IMG/VR virus record: IMGVR_UViG_3300016484_000569
Span: 1 to 60,073 of that record
From: a virus
Lineage: Duplodnaviria; Caudoviricetes
Direction: 5' to 3' (one strand)
Length of the DNA stretch: 60,073 nt
The notes beneath the pieces are model-generated. The model had not been told where the DNA came from, did no database searches, and saw only the letters and a program-made list of their open reading frames with translations. Shown here piece after piece: positions 19,556 to 29,217 of this stretch; within the stretch, counting starts at the first letter, position 1, and each line of letters begins with the position of its first letter. A program made the position numbers and the translations under genes.

Positions 19556-20200
19556 TCAGATCACCTGTTTCGGGTCGAGGCCCGACGCTGGGGTGTCGGT
19601 CACGGTCCGCACCTTGAGCGACAGGTCCAGTTGCTGGATCATGGAGTCGTAGAACAACTTGGCCCGACCAGAGTTGACATGCTCGTCGTCAATCGACTGC
19701 GCCAGAAACACGGTCCCGTCAATGACGGCTGGCATGTACGATGCGGGCGGGTGCGTGATCTCGTCGGTCATCGCATAGTAATCCGGCGTGCGGGCGTACT
19801 CAGCGATCAGCACGACGCCTGCGGAAGGCTTGGGGTACAGGAAGAACTGCGTGGCGTTCTTCGGGTGCCGCATGAAGTTGATGGGCGTACCGGACGCCTC
19901 AGCCATCCATCCGGGGTAGCTGCGGCTCATGGTCTCGCGGTTCACCTCGACGACGACATCGCCATTCTTGACCTGAAAGACGTCAAGCAAGCGAATCGCA
20001 TCGTCGGGCAGCGTCTGCACTGCGGAGTCCTGCACAGTCTCCACCTCAGCGATGGTGGAGAACAGGTCCGGCCGCAGTGCCGCGATGCGCTTGAGCGATT
20101 GGTTGACATAACCGAGCAGCACCACATCGGTATAACGATATGGTGTGAACTGATCTTGAACGAGGCGTCGGACCTCGGTTATGACATCCGCTGGTGTCAT
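19556..20200 (-). CDS. Head-tail adaptor (tail tubular A-like)
   Basis: VRRLVQD...RYTD..LLGYVN...LRPD and FFLYPKP motifs. Confidence 0.65.
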   Translation of the reverse strand: MTPADVITEVRRLVQDQFTPYRYTDVVLLGYVNQSLKRIAALRPDLFSTIAEVETVQDSAVQTLPDDAIRLLDVFQVKNGDVVVEVNRETMSRSYPGWMAEASGTPINFMRHPKNATQFFLYPKPSAGVVLIAEYARTPDYYAMTDEITHPPASYMPAVIDGTVFLAQSIDDEHVNSGRAKLFYDSMIQQLDLSLKVRTVTDTPASGLDPKQVI

Positions 20201-20442
20201 TCAGACAATCCCCTCGCCGCATCTGCCGCCAATTCGGGCGGAGTATACGGAGTATTCTCGCCCGTGTCATCACCGCTGAGGTCGAGCTTCTTGGTACGGC
20301 GCTTGGCCTTCTCGACGGCGGGGGTGACAAAGCGTTCGGGGAAGGCTTCCTCCTCGGTCACTTCTTCGCACTTTGGGTTCTTGGCGAGGATTTCATTCCA
20401 CTCGTAGATGAAACCGTCGACCTTGTTTTTCAGATAGCGCAT
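20197..20442 (-). CDS. Hypothetical protein
   Basis: 81-aa ORF overlapping both neighbours. Confidence 0.7.
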   Translation of the reverse strand: MRYLKNKVDGFIYEWNEILAKNPKCEEVTEEEAFPERFVTPAVEKAKRRTKKLDLSGDDTGENTPYTPPELAADAARGLSE

Positions 20443-20618
20443 TACTTCTTCCTCTTTGAGATGCCTGCCTCGCTCAGTGCGATGGCTATGGCTTGCTTGC
20501 GGTTCTTCACGACAGGTGCCTTCTTCTTCCCCTTGGGGTCAATGCCGCCATGGAGCGTGCCGGTCTTGTACTCGTGCATGACCTTGGCGACCTTGGCTTG
20601 CTGGGCTTTCGTCGGCAT
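20442..20618 (-). CDS. Small basic protein (DUF6496-like)
   Basis: KVAKVMHEYKTGTLH...VKNRKQAIAIALSEA; ATG 20618 with GAGGAGG RBS. Confidence 0.7.
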   Translation of the reverse strand: MPTKAQQAKVAKVMHEYKTGTLHGGIDPKGKKKAPVVKNRKQAIAIALSEAGISKRKK

Positions 20619-20619
20619 A

Positions 20620-20976
20620 TCAGTCCTCCTCACCTTCCGGGGGATAGTAGTCTTTCTTCTCCCATGCCTGACACGTGCGCAGGTTATGGCAGATGAACTC
20701 GAACTTATGACACCAGCCGCGCCCCCCGCCGTCCCGGTCGAGTGCGTTGATCGGGATGGACTCCATCTCCTTCAACATCTCCGGGGTATTGTCGAAGTAT
20801 TCGCAGTTGGCGCAGAAGCGCCGACGGGCCTCCTCCTCGGAGATGCCCCATGCTTTGGCGATGCCGGACCAGTACGCCTTGTTGGCGTACTTGTCGACGG
20901 ATGTGGTCGTCGGACCCAATCGCCAGTCTTGGACCAGTCGGTTCACGACGTCCGTATTTTGCTTCGCTGTAATCAT
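20620..20976 (-). CDS. Cys-rich small protein with HiPIP-like spacing
   Basis: CANCEYF...GWCHKF...TCQAW; TGATG coupling at 20976. Confidence 0.6.
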   Translation of the reverse strand: MITAKQNTDVVNRLVQDWRLGPTTTSVDKYANKAYWSGIAKAWGISEEEARRRFCANCEYFDNTPEMLKEMESIPINALDRDGGGRGWCHKFEFICHNLRTCQAWEKKDYYPPEGEED

Positions 20977-21236
20977 CACCACTTCACCTTGTCTGCCCAG
21001 TACGCCGCCGACATCTTGCCTTTGGCGATGTTGCTCGCGTGCCGGGCCTTGAACGCCTTGTTCCGCGCCGACCCGTCGGGCGAACCGCTGACGCCCTGCT
21101 GCCCGAAGCGGATGGTCTTGACCTGATCGCCGCTCTTGGCGACGACCACATGGCTCTTTGTGGGGTGGTTGGGCGTGCGCTTCGGCTGGTTATAGCCGCT
21201 CACCCCAGCGCGTTCGAGACGAGGGTCCTTGGCCAT
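20976..21236 (-). CDS. Small basic hypothetical protein
   Basis: 86 aa; IRFGQQG...FKARH...SAAYWA..VKW motif recurrent in phage head modules. Confidence 0.7.
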   Translation of the reverse strand: MAKDPRLERAGVSGYNQPKRTPNHPTKSHVVVAKSGDQVKTIRFGQQGVSGSPDGSARNKAFKARHASNIAKGKMSAAYWADKVKW

Positions 21237-22264
21237 TACGACGTGGTTCCCTTGATGACGACGAAATTGATGACCACGGCCTCGGAGTAATCGACCGACG
21301 CCATATGATTGCGCAGCGACAGAGTGAAGGACCCGGCCGCTACAGCATCGACGTCCAGTTCGTAGACACCGATGGTCGCGCCGGAGTGGATGCAGGCCAC
21401 GACTACATCCGTGGCAGCTACGAGGCTGTTATTTACCACGAAGCTGACAGTGGTGTCGCGGTCCAACTGCGCGGCACTCGTGGTGATCTGGCCGGTCAAC
21501 TTATTGATGGTGACAGCAGTCGACTTGCTGGTGGTCTGGGTGACCGAACCGCCTGCACCCGCGCTGTTCGCATACCCAATGCTGACCTCAGCCAACATGT
21601 TGTCCGCCTGCACGGTGGTCATACCTGAGAACGACCCGGTGAACGTGACGTTCGAGATCGCGCCGCCCGTGATGTTGACGTTGTTGGAGTCCTGCGTAGC
21701 GATGGTTCCGAGACCAAGGTTGGTCCGCGCAGCGGAAGCGGTGGACGCGCCCGTACCGCCGTCGGCGACGGCGAGGTCCGTGATCCCAGTGATCGAGCCG
21801 CCGGTGATCGAGACGCTGTCGCTGGCCTGCGTGGAGATCGTCCCCAGCCCCAGCGTCGTGCGCGCAGCAGCGGCGCTGGCGGTGGTGAACAGGGCGACCC
21901 CGGTGGTAGTGCCCCCAAGGCTGGTGCGGGCTGCTGCCGCCGTCGTTGCGCCCGTACCGCCGTCGGCGATGGCGAGCGCGGTGATGCCGGATATCGAGCC
22001 GCCGGTGATTGCCGCCTTGGCGATGGTCACCGAGCCGGTCCCGTTGGGGGCCAGCACCAGATCGCCATTGGTGTTGGTCGTCGAGATCGTCGAGCCGTCG
22101 AGGCGGATGTTGTCCACCTCGATGTTGGCTGTGCCCACCTTGAGGGCGGTCGCCGTGCCAGTCGCGCTGTAGACGACCTTGGGGGTAGCCTCGGGGCCAC
22201 CATCGACATGAAGCAGTTGGGGGAACGTGTCCTTGATCTTCAATGTGGTCAGGTTGGTAGCCAC
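21236..22264 (-). CDS. Fibre-like structural protein (head or tail fibre)
   Basis: GTG 22264 after AAAGGAGG; repeated LAxADGGTGAxTAxAARTxLG and ARTxLGLGTIxTQ units. Confidence 0.7.
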   Translation of the reverse strand: MATNLTTLKIKDTFPQLLHVDGGPEATPKVVYSATGTATALKVGTANIEVDNIRLDGSTISTTNTNGDLVLAPNGTGSVTIAKAAITGGSISGITALAIADGGTGATTAAAARTSLGGTTTGVALFTTASAAAARTTLGLGTISTQASDSVSITGGSITGITDLAVADGGTGASTASAARTNLGLGTIATQDSNNVNITGGAISNVTFTGSFSGMTTVQADNMLAEVSIGYANSAGAGGSVTQTTSKSTAVTINKLTGQITTSAAQLDRDTTVSFVVNNSLVAATDVVVACIHSGATIGVYELDVDAVAAGSFTLSLRNHMASVDYSEAVVINFVVIKGTTS

Positions 22265-22284
22265 GGGGATGCCTCCTTTGGGGA

Positions 22285-22306
22285 GCGGGGGCCGCGAGGC
22301 CCCCGC
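22285..22306 (-). terminator. GC-rich hairpin after the capsid/decoration genes (weak terminator or stabiliser; no U-tract)
   Basis: GCGGGGGCC-N4-GGCCCCCGC perfect 9-bp stem. Confidence 0.5.
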
Positions 22307-22314
22307 AGTTGTCA

Positions 22315-22800
22315 TCAGGTGATGTCGGCGACGATGGCCCAGACCGTCACGACAGCGGCATCTGCCGCGTTGACGGTCGTGACGTCGATGGTGTCCGCGG
22401 CATGGTAGTATTTGCCGAAGCCCAGCGCCGGGGAGATCGTGTTCGGCGTGCCTTCCACGATGGTCACAGTGGTCGAGGAATACCCGGCCACGGTGTTGGC
22501 GTTGACGCCGTCGAGGAAGCCATCCGGGTCGGTGCCGTCACCGATGTCGAGGGTCAGCGTGCCGCCCTCGGCCTTGGTCACGTCCGCGCCCACGGCGAGG
22601 ACCTGCGTCTTGGCCGGGATGCGCAGCACTTCGAGCACGTCGCCAGCGCCCAGTGCCGTGGCACCAGCCGCGGCGCGTGCCGCCGCGATGGCCGCGAAGT
22701 CCAGCGTCACGGCCAGACGGGTCAGGTGGTAGCGGCCAGCGTCAGGATACGCAGCAGCGGTCCCTTTGTTGAAGCCGAGCGAGTCGGTGTAGGTAGCCAT
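22315..22800 (-). CDS. Capsid decoration/cement protein
   Basis: Beta-rich 161 aa directly after the MCP; LDIGDGTDPDGF motif. Confidence 0.6.
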   Translation of the reverse strand: MATYTDSLGFNKGTAAAYPDAGRYHLTRLAVTLDFAAIAAARAAAGATALGAGDVLEVLRIPAKTQVLAVGADVTKAEGGTLTLDIGDGTDPDGFLDGVNANTVAGYSSTTVTIVEGTPNTISPALGFGKYYHAADTIDVTTVNAADAAVVTVWAIVADIT

Positions 22801-22812
22801 GGATCATCCTCC

Positions 22813-23721
22813 TCAGGCGAACGAGATGACGGCTTGCGCCAGTGCCTGCGGCTTCACGACCTTGTAGCCGTACACCTGCAGGCCGCGGACGATGTTGCCG
22901 AAGGTCGATTCAGCGCGGATGGATTCCATCTCCGTCATCTGCGATGCGAAGGTGAAGCCCATCTTGTGCCCGGCGATCAGCGAGGTCTTGCCCGACGTGA
23001 CGTACAGGTTGTGCGACACGTAGAGCGTGAACCGGTCGATCATGCCGAGGCGGCCGTTGCGGAGCGGGGTGGTGCCGTCGCCGGTCAGCGAGGCATCCTT
23101 GAGGTCCGACTTCTTGATGAGACCAGCCATCTTGGCCGGGATCACGAGGAAGCGGTCGGTCTCGGGGACGTTGGCTTCGTCAAGGACGGTGCCGATGTCC
23201 ACGATCAGGTCGACGACGTTGGTCTTGTCCAGCGCCACCGGGGTGCCGGTCGTGCCGAGGTTGAACGACGCCGACTTCTCACCAGCGGTCGCGCCTTTGT
23301 TGAACGCGCCGATGTCCGGCAGGATGTCGGTCAGGACACGACGGTCGATTTTCAGCTTCATCTGCTCCGAAGCGTCTTTCGACCACATGTCCATCATCTT
23401 CACGTCCGACTGGATGCGATCCACGTCGTCTTCGACACAGGCGAAGTAGTCGCCCTTGTCGATCAGAAGCTGCAGCTTCGGCGCTTCCGGCTGTTCCACG
23501 GTCAGGGACTGACCCTTCACGTAGTCACGGATGGTGATGTTGGGCTGGGTGCGGATGTTCACCGTATCGCCCATGCGGCGGATTTCGCCTTCGTAGTCGG
23601 TGTTCGAGATCGCTGCGAGCACGGTGGCGTCGTAGAAGTTCTCGATCAGCTTGCCGCTCCAGATTTCGGGGATGAAGGTCCCCGAGAAGTTGGGACGACC
23701 GCCAGAGACAGGGTAGGTCAT
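22813..23721 (-). CDS. Major capsid protein (HK97 fold)
   Basis: FIPEIWSGKL...NTDYEGEI...GDTVNI and RGLQVYGYKVVKP motifs. Confidence 0.9.
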   Translation of the reverse strand: MTYPVSGGRPNFSGTFIPEIWSGKLIENFYDATVLAAISNTDYEGEIRRMGDTVNIRTQPNITIRDYVKGQSLTVEQPEAPKLQLLIDKGDYFACVEDDVDRIQSDVKMMDMWSKDASEQMKLKIDRRVLTDILPDIGAFNKGATAGEKSASFNLGTTGTPVALDKTNVVDLIVDIGTVLDEANVPETDRFLVIPAKMAGLIKKSDLKDASLTGDGTTPLRNGRLGMIDRFTLYVSHNLYVTSGKTSLIAGHKMGFTFASQMTEMESIRAESTFGNIVRGLQVYGYKVVKPQALAQAVISFA

Positions 23722-23736
23722 GGTCTAAGCCTTTCC

Positions 23737-24744
23737 TTAGCTTGGTTCACGGATGCGACCCTCGCGCTGTGCGGCGAAGATGTCGCGCTCGATCCGGTCA
23801 CGCTCCTGCTCCCGACCCTTATACAGACCCTTGCGCACGTCGTCGAAGAACTTCGACACATCCCCCCGGGTGTAGACCTTGGTCTCCCCCGCGGTGGTGG
23901 TGGCGTTCGAAGTCCGCCCACGACCGGGCGCGATCTGCTTTTCGAGTTGGGACGCGGCGGCGTTCCGAGTTTGTTGAGCAGCAGAATTGCCATTCAAGGA
24001 CTGCCACGTCTTGAAGAACCCTGCGACACGAGCGGCGTCCAACTGTCCCTGCGCAGCGTCGAGGAAGGTCTGGCGGGGAACCCCGGCCAGAGGGTCAACC
24101 TCAAGCAGCCAGCTATGGAACTGCTGGTCAGCGTTGATCTCCCGCCAATCGGGGACTTGTGCCGTCAAGTCGGACCAGAACATCTGCTCCGCATTGAGGG
24201 CTTGGCGCTGGGCAACGCTCTCCACCTTGGGGACGATGTTGGCCTGCAACTGCGCGATCACCTTCTTGAGTTCGGCAATCTCGCGGTGGGCAGCCGAGGC
24301 TTCCTCGCGTGCGGCACGCCGCATCACGTCGATGGAATCCCCGTATTCTTCCACGTCCTTGTCGGTAATCAGCCGCTCCGCCGCGGTCTGTGCAGGGGTC
24401 TGCTGGGGGGCGGACAGCGTCGAGATCAACTGCTCCAGTTGGCTGACGCGCTGGCTGAGTTGGGCGTTCTCCGCGCGAAGGCGGGTGGTGTCAGCATTGT
24501 ACATCCCCTGCAGGGAACGCCAACGCTGCTCGAACGTCTGGTCTTCTTCGGTGTTGCCGACTCGCCTTTGCTCGGCAGGCGACGGCGCAGCAGCAGCCGG
24601 AACGGTACCGTCGGCAGGCGCAGCCGTATCGACCACAGGCTCCTCAGTCACGGTCACGGCGTCCGTGATCTGATCGGAGTTCAGGTCTTCGTACAGCTTT
24701 GCAACAGCCTCGGACTGTTTGCGGACTTGCTCTGGGATGGCCAT
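23737..24744 (-). CDS. Capsid scaffolding protein
   Basis: Acidic N-terminus, coiled coil, ends AQREGRI; lies between portal and MCP. Confidence 0.75.
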   Translation of the reverse strand: MAIPEQVRKQSEAVAKLYEDLNSDQITDAVTVTEEPVVDTAAPADGTVPAAAAPSPAEQRRVGNTEEDQTFEQRWRSLQGMYNADTTRLRAENAQLSQRVSQLEQLISTLSAPQQTPAQTAAERLITDKDVEEYGDSIDVMRRAAREEASAAHREIAELKKVIAQLQANIVPKVESVAQRQALNAEQMFWSDLTAQVPDWREINADQQFHSWLLEVDPLAGVPRQTFLDAAQGQLDAARVAGFFKTWQSLNGNSAAQQTRNAAASQLEKQIAPGRGRTSNATTTAGETKVYTRGDVSKFFDDVRKGLYKGREQERDRIERDIFAAQREGRIREPS

Positions 24745-24776
24745 TATGAACGCTCCTCTCGGGTGTGCGTGTTGGA

Positions 24777-25007
24777 TCAGCTACCCCTACGGGGTTGTGC
24801 TGCTAAGTCAGGGGACTCGATGACGAGCTTGTAAAGCTCTGCCAGAACCTGACACCGCCCCTGTGCAAGTGCCACGTTCTGCTGACCCACGCTCGGGAGG
24901 CGCTCCAGTTCAGACATGCGCCACTCTCCCAGCCATTCGGCGATGACCGGGTGTTGACGCACGCTGCTCGCCAGCGCGTGGATGACTTCCGGGGTGGGCT
25001 GCTTCAT
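24777..25007 (-). CDS. Hypothetical protein
   Basis: 76 aa coupled to the portal gene (ATGA). Confidence 0.65.
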   Translation of the reverse strand: MKQPTPEVIHALASSVRQHPVIAEWLGEWRMSELERLPSVGQQNVALAQGRCQVLAELYKLVIESPDLAAQPRRGS

Positions 25008-27031
25008 TGCGGCCCCCCGTTGATGAGATTGGTGCCACCAGCCGGTGCTCCGGCGAGGTCGGTGTTCTCCATGGTGGGCTGGCCGCCGCCGGGCGCGGGC
25101 ATCTGCTGCGCCGCCGCGGACATCCGCCCCATGGTTGCCAGCCGCTCGCGCGACGGGACGATGTCGTCGACCGGCATCTGCAGCCCCTTGGCCACCTCGC
25201 GCAGCAGCGCGGCGCGGCCCTCCGGCCCGATAATACCCATGTCGAACTCGTTCGCGGTGGCGTTGAGGAACTCCACCCGGCGGACGTTGATCGTCTCCTT
25301 GACCGCGAGGTTGACCGCGCCCTTGGCGACGATCTGGGCATCGCCCTTGATCGACTCGTCTGGATCGTACCGCATGTTGTAGACGTACTGCCGGTGCACG
25401 ATTGGCTTGATGACATCGCTGTCGATGTGCATCACCACCTGCCGGATGCCCTTGCCTGCCGACCCCATCAGCATGGAGAGGCCCGAGGCGGTGCGCCCGG
25501 CCCCCTGCACGTTGGTGTCACCGTAGATATAGGCCGGGATGCCGCTGTGGTCGTCGGCCAGACGCGAGAAGCGGTCATAGACACCCATCAGGGTGTTGGC
25601 GTTGTCGTTCGGCTGGTTGAACCGGACAGCCGGAGCGGACGACCCGAGCGGATCGTTCAGCACCTGCCAGATTTTCCACGGCTGGAGTTGGGTGATGTCC
25701 TCGTTCGGCGGGATGCGCTCAAGGTTGACCTCGACCTGCGGGCCGGAGGCCACAGCCATGTTGTTCACCAGCGCGCGAGCGGCGGCGTTGCAGACGTTCT
25801 GGATGTCCTCGATGATCTCGGGGATACCGCGACCCCAGAACGACCCGGGCTGCTTGATGAACGACGTCTTGGCGTAGGGCTTCTCACCCAGCGGGTCGTA
25901 GTTCAGGACGGCCTTGATGACGAAGTTGCCGACGACCCATACGTTGGCGTCGTACTCGGTATCCTCGTCCGGCACCTCATCTTCGTCCATGCCCCACTCG
26001 CGGAGCATGCGACCGCTGACCTTGCCCCAGAACTCCAGCGCGTCATAGACATCCGTCGGGCGCAGTTCTGTGTGGAACTTGCGCTCCTCAGTCTCGCGCG
26101 CTGTCTTCTGCCATTCCTGCACCCATGACTGGGTGTTCCCGATGCGCAGCACCTCGCGGATCGCGGCGTCGTCATACCCGGGCACGCCGATCAGGTCGGC
26201 CAGTTGCGTGCGGGTCATCTCGTGGTATTCGAACAGATACCCATCATTGATCCGGGTCACGCCCGGCTCGGGGTAGATGTTGAACGGGCTGACGCGCTCG
26301 TATTCCGGGGCGATGCGCTCGCCCGGCTGCAGCGTCTGGCCTTCCCATTTCAGGTAGCGCTGCCGCCGCACAATCGGCCCCTTCACGAAGGCGGCCGGGA
26401 AGGTGACGACATCGGTGATGAAGTCGTTGAAGGCGTCGGCCCAGCCGCCTTGGGCGAACTGATCCTCGATCTTGATCTTCATCCGGTCAGAGCGGTTCTG
26501 CGCGGCCTGCAGAATCTTGAAGCGGAACTCCTGCGCCACGGTCTCCTTGAGTTCGGACATCTGCGCCTTGTTCGGTGCAGTGCCGGTAGCCTGCAGGATG
26601 TCCATCACGCGCTCGGCGAAGGCCATCTGTAGTTCCCCGGCTTCGGCCGGTGACAGGTCTGGGATCGGCGAGGGCTGGATGTCCCATGGCGGGGAGCCGT
26701 TGTCGAGGAGGATGTCCCGCAACCAGCTTTCGGCAGCGCGGCACTTCACCTCGGTCAGCATCATGTAGACCTCGGAGCCACCCTGCGACTTGATCGCCTG
26801 CAGCTTGTCGGCCTCATATTCGCCATTGCGCTGGCGCATGGCCTTGAGCATGACATCGGTAATCGGGTCACGCGCGATGCGTGCCGCATCCCAGCATTGC
26901 TTGAGATAGGCGGTGATGCCGAGCATCACCGGGCTGGCTTGGCGGGCGGCAAGTTCTTGCGCGGCCTGCTCGCGCTCAGCGCGAACAAGTTCCTCGTTGC
27001 CGACTACACGCAGTATGGTAAGACCTGCCAT
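25004..27031 (-). CDS. Portal protein
   Basis: ~675 aa; SFWGRGIPE...ARALVNN...SGPQ and GRTASGLSMLM motifs; AGGAG RBS. Confidence 0.85.
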   Translation of the reverse strand: MAGLTILRVVGNEELVRAEREQAAQELAARQASPVMLGITAYLKQCWDAARIARDPITDVMLKAMRQRNGEYEADKLQAIKSQGGSEVYMMLTEVKCRAAESWLRDILLDNGSPPWDIQPSPIPDLSPAEAGELQMAFAERVMDILQATGTAPNKAQMSELKETVAQEFRFKILQAAQNRSDRMKIKIEDQFAQGGWADAFNDFITDVVTFPAAFVKGPIVRRQRYLKWEGQTLQPGERIAPEYERVSPFNIYPEPGVTRINDGYLFEYHEMTRTQLADLIGVPGYDDAAIREVLRIGNTQSWVQEWQKTARETEERKFHTELRPTDVYDALEFWGKVSGRMLREWGMDEDEVPDEDTEYDANVWVVGNFVIKAVLNYDPLGEKPYAKTSFIKQPGSFWGRGIPEIIEDIQNVCNAAARALVNNMAVASGPQVEVNLERIPPNEDITQLQPWKIWQVLNDPLGSSAPAVRFNQPNDNANTLMGVYDRFSRLADDHSGIPAYIYGDTNVQGAGRTASGLSMLMGSAGKGIRQVVMHIDSDVIKPIVHRQYVYNMRYDPDESIKGDAQIVAKGAVNLAVKETINVRRVEFLNATANEFDMGIIGPEGRAALLREVAKGLQMPVDDIVPSRERLATMGRMSAAAQQMPAPGGGQPTMENTDLAGAPAGGTNLINGGPQ

Positions 27032-27049
27032 GGCCACTCCTGTTTGCGT

Positions 27050-27080
27050 GACTATACACTCTATAGTCGTTTCGCGTCAA
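27050..27080 (-). promoter_or_regulatory. Sigma70-like promoter for the portal/head operon, overlapped by an inverted repeat
   Basis: TTGACG (27080-27075), 18 nt, TATAGT (27056-27051); GACTATA-N5-TATAGTC at 27050-27068. Confidence 0.6.
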
Positions 27081-27583
27081 CGGGACGCAAGTTCGTCCAT
27101 TATGGCGATGATCGCCTCGAACGCCGCCGTCGCACCGGCGGCTGCGTGCGATATATCGCGCAGTGCCACGATATAGTCGTTCGCGTCTTTTGCCTGTGCA
27201 AACCTGAGGTGGTTGCAGGGCAGGCCCTTGGGTTCAAGTCGCTTGCGGATCACCGCGCCGCCACGCAGATGCGCGCCCATGAAGATATAGGCGGCACCGA
27301 TGACGCGGTCCGGGTCGATCAAGGAGTTGGCGAATTTTGCTGCGGAGGCGGCAGCGATTCCGCGGACAGGAAGTAGCAAACCGAGGTCGAGGAGTAACTC
27401 TCCGCGACGGTCAAGGCAGGGTGGAAGCTGGGGATCGAGGACAGTGTGGACTTGACGGAGTGAAGCCACCCAGTCAGCCCATTCCACAGGCGTGACATCC
27501 CCACTCGACATCTTGGTGCCGAACGGGTGCTGTTCTGCTGCATGGTGCAGTTCCCTTGTGAGTTCTCTCAGGTCCATCGTCAC
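27077..27583 (-). CDS. Heme oxygenase-like protein
   Basis: LRELTRELHHAAE parallels the proximal-His helix of HO (LKEATKEVHTQAE); GAAYIFMGAHLRGG is distal-helix-like. Confidence 0.75.
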   Translation of the reverse strand: MTMDLRELTRELHHAAEQHPFGTKMSSGDVTPVEWADWVASLRQVHTVLDPQLPPCLDRRGELLLDLGLLLPVRGIAAASAAKFANSLIDPDRVIGAAYIFMGAHLRGGAVIRKRLEPKGLPCNHLRFAQAKDANDYIVALRDISHAAAGATAAFEAIIAIMDELASR

Positions 27584-29217
27584 ACCGTGCTATACTCGGA
27601 AGTCCGCAGAGTGGACCAGTTGCTGTACTTGCCGTCGGCATCTTTGTGTCGTGCCCGCCAGTACATCGTGCCGGAGAACAGCGGGTAGCGGATGATGACG
27701 ATTCCATCGCCGCCCTTACCGGTGGCACTAACATCAGTGTAGGCACCCGCGCCGCCAGAGCCGCCTCCGGAACCGTTGGTAGCGGCAAGTGCACTGTTGC
27801 CGTTGGTACCGCCGCCCAGACCCCCTACACCGGGGGAGCCTGCACTGCGCCGTCCGCCACCACCGCCGCCGCCAAAGTACACTGATCCGGTTGGTAGTAT
27901 GTTCAACGAAACGCCATTGCCGCCGTTGCCGCCGTTGCCGCCGCTGGCTGCCCCACCAGCAGTACCAGCTTGACCGGCACCACCACCGCCACCGCCGTAC
28001 CAGCCGGATGGTTGTCCGTTACCACCGTTGTTACCCTGTCCAGCAGTTCCTGCACCGCCGAAGTTGTTGTCGCTACCACCGCCACCAGAGCCGCCACTCC
28101 CCCCGTTACCGGCACCACCGCCGACTGCGGTCAGTCCGCGAAACGTAGTGTTGGTCCCGGGGTTTCCTACTATACTTCCGTTTACGCCTGCCCCACCTGT
28201 GCCAATAACGATTGGGTACGCACCCTGCGCCAATATGATAGGCGCACCCACATTATGGAGTACGCCACCAGCGCCACCGCCGCCACCTGTTACGGTGGTT
28301 GGACCGTTAGCACTAGCACCGGAGCCACCACCGGCTACCATGACATACTCTAGGTTGTTAAGTGTGCCGCTTGCGGTAAACGTAGCATCATCTACGAAGA
28401 CGTGATACCGGTACACTTGACCGTCTATTTCGGCGTCGAACGTGTTATTGGTAGCTACGTTAATAGCCGGGTAGCGGATCATAACAATACCGTCGCCGCC
28501 TCTATCACTAGAGGCACCGGATTTCGTACCACCGCCGCCATTACCCGTACCATTAGCGCCTGCACCGGTAGCGACGTCACTACCGCCGCCGCCTGTGGCG
28601 TATGTGGTTTTTACACCGCTAAAGGTGAACGAACCCCCCAAGCCTCCGACGCCACCAGTATAGCTGGGGGACCCGCCGCCACCTGCACCCGCATACCCGC
28701 CGCCGCCGCCGCCGTTACCGACTGACGGATTAGCATTGATATAAGAACCGGGACCGCCTGCACTACCTTGCCCCGTAGTACCTGAACCGGCTGTGGTACC
28801 ACCGCTAGCACCCGAGCCGCCACCGCCTGAACCGCCGCTTCTGTTCGTGGTAGATGTTGAACCGCCACCAGCGCCGCCTCCGAGTGCGGAGACGCCGTTG
28901 AATGTCGAATTAGTACCCTTGTTGCCGTTACCTGTAACGGTTACGCCAGCGCCGCCTACCCCTACAACTACAGGGAAGGTACCGGCAGCTAGTGTTATGG
29001 GTGCGCCAATGTTGTGCACCAGACCGCCAGCGCCACCGCCCCCGCCACCGACCGAAGTACGTCCACCAGAGCCGCCACCGGCGACAAGGAAGTACTCGAT
29101 GTCGGAACCACCAGACGTTACGGTCAGTGCGCCATCAGCCGTAAATGTGTGTACACGCCACAGTTTACCTGCGTCCCACATATTCGAAACGGTTCCACCG
29201 GTAGCAGATGTCATCAT
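27580..29217 (-). CDS. Double glycine-rich-domain adhesin/fibre with an FN3-like C-terminal fragment
   Basis: Two VHxF...VAGGGSG...GDGIVxIRYP domains, then MYWRARHKD...SNWS. Confidence 0.75.
   Translation of the reverse strand: MMTSATGGTVSNMWDAGKLWRVHTFTADGALTVTSGGSDIEYFLVAGGGSGGRTSVGGGGGGAGGLVHNIGAPITLAAGTFPVVVGVGGAGVTVTGNGNKGTNSTFNGVSALGGGAGGGSTSTTNRSGGSGGGGSGASGGTTAGSGTTGQGSAGGPGSYINANPSVGNGGGGGGYAGAGGGGSPSYTGGVGGLGGSFTFSGVKTTYATGGGGSDVATGAGANGTGNGGGGTKSGASSDRGGDGIVMIRYPAINVATNNTFDAEIDGQVYRYHVFVDDATFTASGTLNNLEYVMVAGGGSGASANGPTTVTGGGGGAGGVLHNVGAPIILAQGAYPIVIGTGGAGVNGSIVGNPGTNTTFRGLTAVGGGAGNGGSGGSGGGGSDNNFGGAGTAGQGNNGGNGQPSGWYGGGGGGAGQAGTAGGAASGGNGGNGGNGVSLNILPTGSVYFGGGGGGGRRSAGSPGVGGLGGGTNGNSALAATNGSGGGSGGAGAYTDVSATGKGGDGIVIIRYPLFSGTMYWRARHKDADGKYSNWSTLRTSEYSTV

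Noticed and set aside
22300-22325. CUGAUGA on the minus strand followed by a hairpin (second hammerhead?)
   Set aside because: It is the tandem stop TGA TGA of the decoration gene; no GAAA/stem III/NUH arrangement
27580-29217. Diversity-generating retroelement or invertible fibre switch
   Set aside because: No reverse transcriptase or recombinase; the two Gly-rich domains are diverged, not an adenine-only TR/VR pair; no clear boundary repeats
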